64,000 nt of DNA, from positions 3,744,001 to 3,808,000 of the forward strand of contig OZ242214.1 in assembly GCA_965206595.1 (NCBI GenBank), given 5' to 3'. Below the pieces are notes generated by a model. It was not told the origin of the DNA. It made no database searches and saw nothing but the letters and a program-made list of their open reading frames with translations. Below are positions 17,641 to 28,073 of this stretch, one piece after another. Made by a program: the position numbers and the translations under genes. Source of the DNA: Candidatus Latescibacterota bacterium (GTDB lineage Bacteria > Latescibacterota > UBA2968 > UBA8231). How positions within the stretch are numbered: the stretch's first letter is position 1; each line of letters opens with the position of its first letter.

Positions 17641-20600
17641 ATGTCGTTCTCTGGATTTATACTCCGGCCGTTGCTGCGCTACTTGTCGCCGCTCCTGTAT
17701 GCCCTCGTGCTGGCGGTGCAGCCTGTCCACGCAAAGGTCGACTTTGCCTCGGTCCGGGACCTGGTTTCCGAGGAGCGCGTGACCGGGACTCTGGCGCACT
17801 TCGCCGGGCAGGAATCCCGTGTGGCGGGATATCCCGGTGCCGACGCGGCTGCCCGCTACATCCGGGAGACCTTCCGGGAGATCGGGCTGGCCGGAATCGA
17901 GGTCCACGAATACGACGTCTCCGTTCCGGTGGAGAAAACCCCCGGCAGCATCCGGGTCGCCGCAACGGGAGAGACCGCCCCGCTACACGGCCTGTGGCCC
18001 AACCTGGTCAAGACCTCCACCATGCCCGAGGGCGGGAGAATGGCGCGCCTTATCGACGGCCGCGACGGCTCCCATGCCCATCTCGACGGCAAGCAGGTCG
18101 AAGACGCGGTGGTGCTGATGGACTTCAACACCGGCGACGCCTGGCTCAAGTGCGCCTACCTGGGAGCCGCCGGAGTAATCTTCATCGAACCGGACTCCAC
18201 CGTGTACCTGGAGGGTGAGCGCAAGTTCCTGACGATGCCTCTCGACCTGCCGCGCTACTGGGTGCCCCGGGAAGAGGGATTCCTCCTGCGCGAGCGCATC
18301 GCCATGAGCCCCGCGGGCGAGGTCGAGGTGCACATCGAGTACCGCATGGAGTGGGAGCGGCGTCCGGCGTGGAACATCCTCGGGACCATCCCCGGGACCG
18401 GTTCGCAGCTCCGGGACGACGCCATCGTTCTCGAGTCGTACTACGACGCCATGTCCGTGGTGCCGGCGCTGGCGCCCGGCGCCGAACAGGCCGCCGGCAT
18501 AACTGCGCTGATTGAGCTGGCCCACTACTTCCGCCGGAACCCACCGAAGCGCACCCTGGTCTTCCTGGCGACCTCCGCCCATCATCTCGGCCTGCGCGGG
18601 ATCGACGATTTCATCCAGCGTTACCTGCGCCGCGAAGACCCGTTCGTCGACCGCATGCTGATCCGCCGCGTCGTAGAGGCGGCGCTGGCGCGGGACCTGA
18701 TCGAGCAGGACGGCGTAAAATACCGCCTCGGCAGCCGGGAATTTCTCGGCAAGGAGGGACTGGTGCGCCGCGTTTCCGATGGGGACTCCACCCTGGTCCG
18801 CGGCGTCGTTCTTGCCGCTATCGAGGAAGGGCTCATCGCCCGGACGCGCGGTCAGTTCGCCTATGACGGCCGCCGATTCCAAGGGGTGGACGCCCTGGTC
18901 GAAAAGCTGATGGACGACGGCGATCTGCTCCTAGCGCTCTACGGGGACTGGGTCGATCCCAAGGTCGGCTCGCTCTCCGTCAAGCTCTTCATCAGCCTCG
19001 ACCTGTCGACCCGGACCGACGAGCTGGGCGTCTGGAACAGCAACTCGGAGTTCTACTTCCAGCGCTACTTCGCCCCATTCGGCAAGAGGTTCATGGGATA
19101 CGCCCGCGAACTGGGCAGCGCCCTGGGGTACCGCCCCGAAGACGTGCTCGTTAACGGCATCAGCCCCGGAGGAGGGATGAGCTGGGATTCCTTCGTTCCC
19201 GGCGAGATCTCCGTAAATAGCGAGGTGGTTCTGGCCACCGGCACGCCGGCTCTGGCCTTCGTCACCGTCAACGATGCCCGCTTGGTCGTCGACACCCCCC
19301 TGGACCGCCTGCCGGGGGTCGACGTCGACAACCTCGCCCGGCAGATTCGCGCCCTGGCCGGAATGTTCCACATGGCCTTCGACGATGCGGACCTGTTCCC
19401 GGATTTCAGGATGCGGCTGAAGGATTCCCTGGGATCGCTCACGGCGCGGACCATGGTCTTCCCGAGGCACAGCCTCGTACCCGACCTGCCGCGCGCCGGG
19501 GCGGTCGGGGTAGTCCGCACCGGCAGGAAGAAATCGAGCAAGGGAGTGCGGGGCGAGTTCGTGGAGATCGTCGACGACGACGGCGCCTTCTACATCAACC
19601 GCGTCCGCATGGCGGAGCACGGGATCAGGCACCTGCAGATCGAGGGGTACTACACGGACCCGGCCACCGGACAGATCACCTACGCCCCGGACCGCGGCCA
19701 GCAGGGCGGCTCTTACTCCATGAGGGTCGCCATGGACTGGCGCGACAAGCACTGGCAGGTGGTGCTGTTCCCGTGCCGCGCCTACAACCTCTTCGACCTG
19801 GTCGATCCCCAGTACCTGACCAAGCTGTCCCGGATCGCCGTGTTCAGCGAGGCCAACACCGCACCCATGGAATACGGGTACACCCTCGGTGAAGGGCCGT
19901 CGGCCAGGGACGAGCCGGTGGGGGTGCTGTTCGCCCGCGACGGGGACCGCATCAAGCTCGGGCTGGGCGCCGACATCCTCGGGTTCCGCTACCTGCTGCT
20001 CAACTCGGCGGTCTCCGACGACACCGGCCTAGCGCTGGGCCGCGGCTACAGGATCGCCCCCGGAACCTCGTTCGCCCGCACTACCTATCTCGCGGCGCGC
20101 GACATGTGGAATCTCGACGAAGCGCGCATGCGCGAGCTCAGCGGTTTCGGCATCGAGAACCGCCGTCTCGGCAGCCTGCACCGGCAGGCGCGGGTCCACC
20201 TCGAAGCCGCCGGGCAAGCGATGGAGCAGCGCCGCTGGAGCGAGTTCGTGCGCCGCACCCGCGCCGCCATCGGGCTCGAGTCACGCGCCTATCCCGACGT
20301 CAAGGGGACGCAGAACGACGTGGTCCGCGGCATCGTCTTCTTCATGGCGCTGGTCATTCCGTGCGCCTTCTTCGCCGAGCGCCTGCTTATATCCGCGGCG
20401 ACGATCAGGAACCAGATCATCGGCTTCGCCGCGGTGTTCCTGGCGATCTGGGTCATCCTGTCCCTGGTCCACCCCGCGTTCCAACTCGGCAATCCCTTCG
20501 TCATCCTGTTGGCCTTCGTCATCCTGGCCCTGGCGGTGCTGGCCATCTCCATCATCAGCGGACGCTTCAACGAGCAGATGAAGAAGCTGCGCACCGAGGT

Positions 20601-22443
20601 TGCCGTCATTCACGATACCGACGTGAGCCGCTCGGGGGCCTCCCTGGCCGCCTTCCAGCTGGGAATCTCCAACATGAAGCGGCGTAAGCTGCGCACGGCG
20701 CTGACGTTCGTCACCCTGATGCTGTTGACCTTCACGGTGCTCTCGTTCACCTCGATCCAGACCTCTCTCGAGTTCTACGAGTTCCGGCGCGACAGCGAGG
20801 GCCTCTACCAGGGCATGCTGATCCGCAACAAGGCCTGGACCCCGCTGGAGGAGTCGGTCCTGGAGTACGCCGACAACGCCTTCGGCGGCATCGCCGCGGT
20901 GGCTCCGCGCAGCTGGTACGGCCACAAGGACAGGGTCCACATCAAGATGAAGCGCGGCGACAAATCGCATAACGCCCTCGGCGTCCTGGGCCTGACGCCT
21001 CAGGAAGCCGCGGTGAGCGGGCTGGACCGGGCGCTCGTCGCCGGCCGCTGGTTCCGCGAGGGGGATGAGGACGTCTGCATCCTTCCCGACGACATGATCG
21101 CCGCGGACAGGCTCGACGTCGACCTGGAGAAAGTGGCGGCGGGGACGGAATCCATCCGCGTTTTCGGCGAGATGTTGAAGGTGATCGGCGTGATCGACTC
21201 CAGGATGGTGGAGGATCTGAAGGACCTGGACGGCGAGATGCTGACCCCGGCGGACTTCGCCGGCACCAGCGGTCTGACGGTGATGGAGATGGCCGACGAG
21301 GAGCGGCGGGAGCGACAGGGCATGTCGGGGACCAACGTCTCCATCGAGCCGTTCTCCCATCTCGATGCAGCCAACGTGCTCTTCATCCCCTACCGCCTGC
21401 TGCGCAACGTCGGCAGCGGCAATCCGCTGCAGTCGGTGGCGGTACGCTTCGACGAGGGTGTGGACGAACGCGAGCATATCGAGAAACTGCTGTCGCGCCT
21501 GGCGTTGACGCTTTTCGCCGGCATCAGGGAGGAGGGGGACGAGCAGATCCAGGTGTCGGTCTACAGCTCGCTGGGCATGACCGGCTTGGCGGGGGTGGCC
21601 AACCTCTTCATCCCCATTCTCATCGCCTCGCTGATCGTGCTCAACACGATGATGGGCAGCGTCTACGAACGCTTCCGCGAGATCGGCATCTACTCTTCCG
21701 TAGGGCTGGCTCCCGGCCACATCGCCTGGCTGTTCATGGCCGAATCCTGCGTCCACTCCGTGCTCGGCGTGGTGGCGGGGTACCTCGCCGGCCAGACGAT
21801 CGCCGCACTGCTGGTGGCGTTCGACCTGCTGACCGGCTTCACGTTGAACTACTCGTCGCTGGCCGCGGTCTTCTCCTGCATTCTGGTTATGGCGGTGGTG
21901 CTGCTTTCCACCCTGTACCCGGCGCACAAGGCCTCGCAGATGGCGGTACCCGACGTCACCCGCAAGTGGCAGCTGCCGCCATCCGAGGGCGACAACTGGA
22001 ACTTCGAATTCCCCTTTACCGTAAGCGGCCACGAGGTTCTGGGGCTGTCGGTGTTTCTCGCCGGGTACTTCGACTCGTACAGCGAGGAATCGATCGGCAC
22101 GTTTTACACGGAAGGGGCCGCGCTGAACAGGATCGAGACGGAGCACGGCGAGGGCTACAGCATCTCCATGGTCATCGGGTTGGCACCCTTCGATCTCGGC
22201 GTGAGCCAGCACGTCGTGTTCCGGGCTGTGCCCGAGCCTGAGCACAACATCTACGCCATCACCCTCGCAATCCGCCGCATCAGCGGCGAGGACGCCTCCT
22301 GGCGCAGGGTCAACCAGCGCTTCATAAACGTCATCCGCAAACAGTTCCTCATCTGGCGCACCATAGATCTCGAGGCCAAGGCCGGCTACAGGGTGCAGGG
22401 CGAGGAGATCCTGTCCGGCACGCGGGCAGGGGCGAGGGCCTGA
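17641..22443 (+). CDS. M28-peptidase-like ectodomain fused to MacB/FtsX-like ABC permease (~1600 aa)
   Basis: SRVAGYPGADAAA, NILGTIPG, YYD...APGA..AAG, NMKRRKLRTALT, SVYERFREIGIYSSVGL, LSTLYPA..AS. Start placed near 17641 because the upstream ORF extension overlaps exbD. Confidence 0.85.
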   Translation: MSFSGFILRPLLRYLSPLLYALVLAVQPVHAKVDFASVRDLVSEERVTGTLAHFAGQESRVAGYPGADAAARYIRETFREIGLAGIEVHEYDVSVPVEKTPGSIRVAATGETAPLHGLWPNLVKTSTMPEGGRMARLIDGRDGSHAHLDGKQVEDAVVLMDFNTGDAWLKCAYLGAAGVIFIEPDSTVYLEGERKFLTMPLDLPRYWVPREEGFLLRERIAMSPAGEVEVHIEYRMEWERRPAWNILGTIPGTGSQLRDDAIVLESYYDAMSVVPALAPGAEQAAGITALIELAHYFRRNPPKRTLVFLATSAHHLGLRGIDDFIQRYLRREDPFVDRMLIRRVVEAALARDLIEQDGVKYRLGSREFLGKEGLVRRVSDGDSTLVRGVVLAAIEEGLIARTRGQFAYDGRRFQGVDALVEKLMDDGDLLLALYGDWVDPKVGSLSVKLFISLDLSTRTDELGVWNSNSEFYFQRYFAPFGKRFMGYARELGSALGYRPEDVLVNGISPGGGMSWDSFVPGEISVNSEVVLATGTPALAFVTVNDARLVVDTPLDRLPGVDVDNLARQIRALAGMFHMAFDDADLFPDFRMRLKDSLGSLTARTMVFPRHSLVPDLPRAGAVGVVRTGRKKSSKGVRGEFVEIVDDDGAFYINRVRMAEHGIRHLQIEGYYTDPATGQITYAPDRGQQGGSYSMRVAMDWRDKHWQVVLFPCRAYNLFDLVDPQYLTKLSRIAVFSEANTAPMEYGYTLGEGPSARDEPVGVLFARDGDRIKLGLGADILGFRYLLLNSAVSDDTGLALGRGYRIAPGTSFARTTYLAARDMWNLDEARMRELSGFGIENRRLGSLHRQARVHLEAAGQAMEQRRWSEFVRRTRAAIGLESRAYPDVKGTQNDVVRGIVFFMALVIPCAFFAERLLISAATIRNQIIGFAAVFLAIWVILSLVHPAFQLGNPFVILLAFVILALAVLAISIISGRFNEQMKKLRTEVAVIHDTDVSRSGASLAAFQLGISNMKRRKLRTALTFVTLMLLTFTVLSFTSIQTSLEFYEFRRDSEGLYQGMLIRNKAWTPLEESVLEYADNAFGGIAAVAPRSWYGHKDRVHIKMKRGDKSHNALGVLGLTPQEAAVSGLDRALVAGRWFREGDEDVCILPDDMIAADRLDVDLEKVAAGTESIRVFGEMLKVIGVIDSRMVEDLKDLDGEMLTPADFAGTSGLTVMEMADEERRERQGMSGTNVSIEPFSHLDAANVLFIPYRLLRNVGSGNPLQSVAVRFDEGVDEREHIEKLLSRLALTLFAGIREEGDEQIQVSVYSSLGMTGLAGVANLFIPILIASLIVLNTMMGSVYERFREIGIYSSVGLAPGHIAWLFMAESCVHSVLGVVAGYLAGQTIAALLVAFDLLTGFTLNYSSLAAVFSCILVMAVVLLSTLYPAHKASQMAVPDVTRKWQLPPSEGDNWNFEFPFTVSGHEVLGLSVFLAGYFDSYSEESIGTFYTEGAALNRIETEHGEGYSISMVIGLAPFDLGVSQHVVFRAVPEPEHNIYAITLAIRRISGEDASWRRVNQRFINVIRKQFLIWRTIDLEAKAGYRVQGEEILSGTRAGARA

Positions 22444-22482
22444 CAGGATGCCCCCCGGTTCTCATATCATGGGATACCCCCA

Positions 22483-25317
22483 ATGAAGTCGATAAGGAGG
22501 ATCATGGCTGGCAGACGGGGCCGCTGGACGCTGGCCGCGGCGCTGCTGGGCGCCGTAACGGCGGCGCTCACGCTGGCCACGGTGTACACCAACTGGCTGT
22601 GGTTCCAGAGCCTCGGCCTGGAGTCCGTCTACTGGCGCACGATGCGCGCGCGCCTTTTCGCGGGCGCCTTCTTCGGTCTCGTGGCGGCGCTGCTCATCGC
22701 CCCCAACCTCGCCCTTGCCCGGCGGTTCACGCGCCGGCTTCTCAACACGGGCTCGCCCTGGGGCCCCGAGGGAGGGCCGCTCGACCCGCTGCTGCGCTCC
22801 CGCTCCGCTTACCTGGTTGCCGGGGCGATACTGGTCTTGCTGATGGCGCGGATCGGCTCGGGCCAGTGGCTGCTGTGGCTGCGCTTTTTTCACGACCAGC
22901 CCTTCGGCCTCGTCGACCCGATCTTCGCGCGGGACATCGGCTTCTACGTCTTCGAGCTCCCCTTTCTGCGCTTCGTTTCCGGCTTCCTGCTCGGGGGCCT
23001 CATCCTGTCGCTGGTCGCCGTCTGCGTCGTCTACCTCTCCGGGGGCGGCATCCGCTTTCAGGAGAAAATCACCGTGCTGCCGCTACCCGGGGCGCATCTG
23101 TCGGTCCTGGCAGGCCTGTTCCTCCTCGTCATGGCCTGGGTGTACCGGCTCAAGATCTTCGGGCTGTTGTACTCCGACGACTGGGTGGCGTTCGGGGCCG
23201 GTTACGTCGACGCCAATGTCCAGGTTTGGATCTACCGGCTGCTCGTGCCGCTGTACCTCGCCGCCGGAGTGATGCTTTTCGTCGGGGCGAAACCCGGGAG
23301 CGGGCGCCGGCCCCTGCTCGCCGCCGTCGCCCTGGTGGTTGCCGCCATGCTCCTGGGCATCGTCCCGTCGTCGCTGGTTCAGTCTTTCGTGGTCGAGCCC
23401 AACGAGCTGGCGCGGGAAGCTCCCTACATCCGCCACAACCTGGATGCCACGCGGCGCGCCTTCGGCCTTGACCGGATCGAGGAGCAGACCTTCGCCGGGT
23501 CGGATGAGCTCACCGCGGCGGACATCCTCGCCAACCCCCTTACCATTCGCAACGTCCGCATGTGGGATGAGCGGCCGCTGGTTCAGACCTTCCAGCAGGT
23601 CCAGGAAATCCGCCCGTACTACCTCTTTTCCGGGGTGGACGTCGACCGCTACACGGTGGACGGAGTCTACCGCCAGGTCATGCTGTCGGCGCGCGAGATG
23701 GCCGCGGACAGGCTGCCTCCCCAGGCGCGCAGCTGGGTCAACGAGCGGCTGCAGTACACCCATGGCTACGGCATCGCCATGAGCCCGGTGAACCACGTCA
23801 CGCCCGACGGCCTGCCCGAGCTGCTGGTTCGCGACATCCCGCCGGTGTCCGCGGCCGGCCTGGAGATCGACCGCCCGGAGATCTACTACGGCGAGCTTAC
23901 CCGGTCGTACGTGGTGATAAACACCGGCGCCCGCGAGTTCGACTACCCCAAGGGTGCCGAGAACGTGTTCTCGACCTACGCCGGCAAGGGCGGTGCGCCC
24001 ATCGGCGGACTGTTCGGCCGCGCCGCCTTTGCGCTGCGGTTCACGGACCTCAACATGCTGCTCAGCAACTACGTCACCGACGAGAGCCGGGTGATGTTCC
24101 GCCGCCAGATCGCCGCCCGGGTGCGCGCCGTCGCCCCCTTCCTCCAGTACGACACGGACCCGTACATGGTCATCTCCGAAGGACGGCTCTACTGGATGTT
24201 GGACGCCTACACGACCACGGACATGTACCCCTACTCTTCGCGCGGCGGGCGGTCGCCCATCAACTACATACGCAATTCCGTGAAAGTGGCGGTCGATGCC
24301 TACAACGGCTCGCTCGACTTCTACAGAGTGGACCGGGAGGATCCGCTCATGGCGGCCTACGCCGAGATCTTCCCGGGGCTGTTCCAGCCGCTGGAGGCGA
24401 TGCCGCCCGATCTGCGCCGGCACCTGCGCTACCCGCGCGACATGTTCAAGTACCAGGCGATGATCTACCGCAGCTATCACATGCAGGACGTGCGGGTTTT
24501 CTACAACCAGGAAGATCTGTGGGCCATCCCCAACGAGATCTACCGCGACCGCCCGCAGCTGATGGAGCCGTACTACATCGTCGTCAAGCTGCCCGGCGAG
24601 GAGCGCGAGGAATTCATGCTCATGGTGCCCTTCACGCCGGCGCGGAAGGACAACATGATCGGCTGGCTGGCGGCGCGTTGCGACGCGGACAACTACGGCG
24701 GGCTGCTCGTCTACCGGCTCCCCAAGGATCGCATGATCTTCGGACCGATGCAGCTCGAGGCGCGCATCGACCAGCAGCCCGAGATCTCGAGCAAGCTCAC
24801 CCTCTGGGGACAGAAGGGATCCGAGGTGATCCGCGGCAACATGCTGGCGATTCCCATCGAGCAGTCGTTTCTGTACGTCGAGCCGGTATACCTGCAGGCC
24901 ACCCAGCAGCCGCAGAGCTCCCGCATGCCGGAACCGGGGACCGTCGGGATGGGACGGCCGGAAGCACCTGGGCGGCCGAGCTATCGCAGCACCGCGATTC
25001 CCGAGCTGAAGCAGGTGATCGTCGCCTTCGGCGGACAGGTGATCATGCGCGGCTCGTTCGAGGAGGCGCTTGCCGAGATCTTCGGCATGGTTTCAGAACC
25101 GGACGCCCCCGTGGAAGCGGAGGCCCCGCCGGCGGGAGGCGTCGCGGCCGCGGCATCGCTGCACACCGCGGCGCAAATGGTCTCGGAGGCGGATGCCCAC
25201 TTTCACGGCGCCCGGACAGCGCTGCAGGAATGGGACTGGACCCGGGCAGGGGAGGAGCTGGAGGCACTCGAGGCCACGCTGAACGAGCTGCGCGGCGAGC
25301 TGGAACGTCAACCCTAG
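22483..25317 (+). CDS. UPF0182 family membrane protein
   Basis: WLWFQSLG, FG..DPIFARDIGFYVFELP, GAGYVD, PNELARE.PYI..N..ATR.AFGL, YTHGYG, NYIRNSVK..VDAYNG, GS.VIRGNML motifs. Confidence 0.92.
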   Translation: MKSIRRIMAGRRGRWTLAAALLGAVTAALTLATVYTNWLWFQSLGLESVYWRTMRARLFAGAFFGLVAALLIAPNLALARRFTRRLLNTGSPWGPEGGPLDPLLRSRSAYLVAGAILVLLMARIGSGQWLLWLRFFHDQPFGLVDPIFARDIGFYVFELPFLRFVSGFLLGGLILSLVAVCVVYLSGGGIRFQEKITVLPLPGAHLSVLAGLFLLVMAWVYRLKIFGLLYSDDWVAFGAGYVDANVQVWIYRLLVPLYLAAGVMLFVGAKPGSGRRPLLAAVALVVAAMLLGIVPSSLVQSFVVEPNELAREAPYIRHNLDATRRAFGLDRIEEQTFAGSDELTAADILANPLTIRNVRMWDERPLVQTFQQVQEIRPYYLFSGVDVDRYTVDGVYRQVMLSAREMAADRLPPQARSWVNERLQYTHGYGIAMSPVNHVTPDGLPELLVRDIPPVSAAGLEIDRPEIYYGELTRSYVVINTGAREFDYPKGAENVFSTYAGKGGAPIGGLFGRAAFALRFTDLNMLLSNYVTDESRVMFRRQIAARVRAVAPFLQYDTDPYMVISEGRLYWMLDAYTTTDMYPYSSRGGRSPINYIRNSVKVAVDAYNGSLDFYRVDREDPLMAAYAEIFPGLFQPLEAMPPDLRRHLRYPRDMFKYQAMIYRSYHMQDVRVFYNQEDLWAIPNEIYRDRPQLMEPYYIVVKLPGEEREEFMLMVPFTPARKDNMIGWLAARCDADNYGGLLVYRLPKDRMIFGPMQLEARIDQQPEISSKLTLWGQKGSEVIRGNMLAIPIEQSFLYVEPVYLQATQQPQSSRMPEPGTVGMGRPEAPGRPSYRSTAIPELKQVIVAFGGQVIMRGSFEEALAEIFGMVSEPDAPVEAEAPPAGGVAAAASLHTAAQMVSEADAHFHGARTALQEWDWTRAGEELEALEATLNELRGELERQP

Positions 25318-25590
25318 TTGCCGGGCATTTCGTATGGGCGGTGGCCTGCCCTTGCGACCGGGCGCTGCGTTTCGCTTACTCGCCCTCGTCCATCCCAGTC
25401 AGCCCGTTGAATAGGCTCATCTCCATTCGGCGGCGGCCGCTGGAGAAACCTTCTTTTTCCACGGGCTGCCGCATTGCGAGCGGGGCGCCTCGGCGTCCCA
25501 ATTTTGTCAATCTATCTCTGCGGCGGGTCACTAGTTGCCCAGCATTCCGCAAGGGGGTATAACCGCAAACTCGAAAGGAATTGAAATCCC

Positions 25591-26382
25591 ATGCTCAAGA
25601 TTGGCTGCAACCACCTGAGTCTCAAGGACACCGACATCGAGGCATTCATCGAGACCGCTCGCGATCTGAGATTGGATTGCGTCGACTTCCATCAGCGATC
25701 CTTCGCTTCGACGGACCCTGACTACCTCCGCGGCATCAAGCTGCTCTGCCTCAGGTACGGACTGCCGATAGGGTACATCGGTGTCAGCGGTCTCCCCCTG
25801 GGGACGGATGAGGAACGGCGGGGATTCGTGGCCCAGTGCCGGAGCGCGACCGACCTGGCGGCCTTCCTCGGATCCCCGATCATCCGCGTGTTCTGCAAGG
25901 CCGAGCCGGAAAAGGGGGCCGATGGCGAAGATCCCTGGCCGGCGATGATCGGCGGCTACCAGGAGATCGCCGACTACGCCTCTGCCAAGGGAATAGCCGT
26001 GGGGCTGCAGAACCATCCATCGACGAGCGATGTCATGCTGCGCATCTGGCGCGAGACCGACCGCGGGAACTTCACCTTCATAATGGATACCGGCCAATGG
26101 ATCGGGTCGCCCGGCTCGTACCCGCGCGGGGAAGCTCCGAAGGTCGACTTCTATCGATTCATGGAGGAGATCGCACCGCATGCCATGTACGTGCGCACGA
26201 AGTTCTACAGGATCGAGACGGGTCGGGACGAGTGGCTCGACTACGAGCGCATCGTACCGATACTGAAAAAGGTCGACTACAACGGCTGCATATCCATCGT
26301 CTACGAAGGGGAAGCGGAAGACCGGGTCGAGCAGGTGCGCAAGGCCGCGGTCTGTCTGCGCGAACTCCTTGCGGGTTACTGA
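25591..26382 (+). CDS. Sugar phosphate isomerase/epimerase (TIM barrel, AP-endonuclease-2 family)
   Basis: LGSPIIRVF, GLQNH, MDTGQW, YNGCISIVYEG. Confidence 0.8.
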   Translation: MLKIGCNHLSLKDTDIEAFIETARDLRLDCVDFHQRSFASTDPDYLRGIKLLCLRYGLPIGYIGVSGLPLGTDEERRGFVAQCRSATDLAAFLGSPIIRVFCKAEPEKGADGEDPWPAMIGGYQEIADYASAKGIAVGLQNHPSTSDVMLRIWRETDRGNFTFIMDTGQWIGSPGSYPRGEAPKVDFYRFMEEIAPHAMYVRTKFYRIETGRDEWLDYERIVPILKKVDYNGCISIVYEGEAEDRVEQVRKAAVCLRELLAGY

Positions 26383-26448
26383 ACGGACACCCGTGAGTAA
26401 CGGGCGCAGTTTCCGTCTGAGGCTTTTGTCCGGAAAGGAGCACAGATC

Positions 26449-28023
26449 GTGAGGGTCAGGCCATGGGAGGTTCCCGTCGGCGAGCGCCAGCTCTTTCTCG
26501 ATCTCCAGGGCGTATCCAGCCACGAGAACCTCAACCACACGCTCCACCAGCCGCAGAAGAAGGGCCCCGTCATCGAACCCGAAGGGGCGGGCAGCGTGCA
26601 GACTCGATGCGCCCCGTCATGGGTCCCGGAAGACCGGTGCTACAAAATCTGGCTCGCCGAAAAAGACGGTATCTCCCTCGCCGAAAGTCAGGATGGCCTC
26701 AACTGGGTCAGGCCCGTCCTGCGATGCCGCGAATACGGCGGGTCCCTGGAAAACAGCCTGCTCTCCCCTCTGTGTGGAGAGCAGGTGATCTACGACCCGC
26801 ACGACCCCGACCCCTCCCGCCGCTACAAGAGCATGAAGCTGCGCGGTGTCAGTGAACGCATGGTGAGTCCCACCGGCGCGCACTGGCGTTTGACGGAGAA
26901 TCCGTGGCGACTCGCCTATCCGGACCGGCATGTATTGAACGACCCCTCGGAGTACCAGTTGAGCTGGGTGATCCAGGTCGAGGAGCATCCCGATGCCGAA
27001 CCAGAAGAGCGCTTTTCCGGCAGAGGGAGATTTCAGACCCACGACCTGACGGTCAGTGCGGACGGCATTCACTGGCGCAAGCTGGATTGCCGCAGCCTGC
27101 CTTCCGGCGATGAGGCAAACCTCAGTCACGACGGGATCACGGGGACCTACCTCGCTACGCTGAAGGAAGGCGAGATGGGTCCGTACGGACGCTCAGTCGC
27201 CCTGGCCACCAGCTCCGACTTCGAGCATTGGAATGGCCCCAGCCTCGTCTTCCACGCGGACCGGGAGGACCAGCAACTCGCCCGGCAGGTGATCGCCGAA
27301 CGCCTGGCCAACCCGAGGCTGCAACAGCCGCAGCACAACGTGCCTGCCGAATACATGGTGGATGTCTACAACATGGGGGTCAGTCGCTACGAGGGTCTCT
27401 ATGTCGGCATGGCCGCTTTCTTCTACCACACGGCAAACGTCAATGAGAACTCGGACGGTTTCCATCACGTCCAGCTCGTCTGCAGCCGGGATTTGCTCAG
27501 CTGGACACGGCTGGGCGATCGCAGTCCATTCATCGGTCCCTCGGAAGTGGGCTCGGGTGCCTGCGACCTGACCCAGATCATGCCGCCCTCGAGACCTGTC
27601 CTCATCGAGGGCGAGCTCTGGTTCTACTACATGGGAGCCAAGTATCGCAGCGCTCCTCCCGATGCAGATGAGAGGAGCGGCGCCATCCATCTGGCGACGA
27701 TGCGGCGAGACGGATTCATGTCGCTGGATGCCGGTGCCCGAGAGGGCGTCGTGACCACCGACCGCTTCGCTCTCGACAGTCCTTGGATCTGGGTCAATGT
27801 CGATGCCGGCCACGGCTCACTCATGGTCGAGGTCGTAGACGGCGGCTCGGTGGTGGCGCGGTCGAAGGAGGTGAGAGGAGACCAACTGCGTTTTCCCCTG
27901 CAATGGGAATCCGGCGACCTGCGGGCTCATGTGCATCGCTTCATACAGCTGCGGTTCAGGATGCACAATGCCGCACTCTATTCGTATTGGCTCGACTCGG
28001 CAGCAGAAGATCCTCCGCGGTGA
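26449..28023 (+). CDS. Beta-propeller glycoside-hydrolase-like protein (GH32/43-like fold), paralog A
   Basis: RQLFLD, AESQDGLNWVRP, DPSRRYK, YEGLYVG, ELWFYY.G, RRDGFMSL, LRF.M.NA.LYSYW. Confidence 0.75.
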   Translation: MRVRPWEVPVGERQLFLDLQGVSSHENLNHTLHQPQKKGPVIEPEGAGSVQTRCAPSWVPEDRCYKIWLAEKDGISLAESQDGLNWVRPVLRCREYGGSLENSLLSPLCGEQVIYDPHDPDPSRRYKSMKLRGVSERMVSPTGAHWRLTENPWRLAYPDRHVLNDPSEYQLSWVIQVEEHPDAEPEERFSGRGRFQTHDLTVSADGIHWRKLDCRSLPSGDEANLSHDGITGTYLATLKEGEMGPYGRSVALATSSDFEHWNGPSLVFHADREDQQLARQVIAERLANPRLQQPQHNVPAEYMVDVYNMGVSRYEGLYVGMAAFFYHTANVNENSDGFHHVQLVCSRDLLSWTRLGDRSPFIGPSEVGSGACDLTQIMPPSRPVLIEGELWFYYMGAKYRSAPPDADERSGAIHLATMRRDGFMSLDAGAREGVVTTDRFALDSPWIWVNVDAGHGSLMVEVVDGGSVVARSKEVRGDQLRFPLQWESGDLRAHVHRFIQLRFRMHNAALYSYWLDSAAEDPPR

Positions 28024-28073
28024 CGCCGCGCCGGAAGAAGAGTACAGGAGGTCTCGATGAGAGTTTGTGCAGC

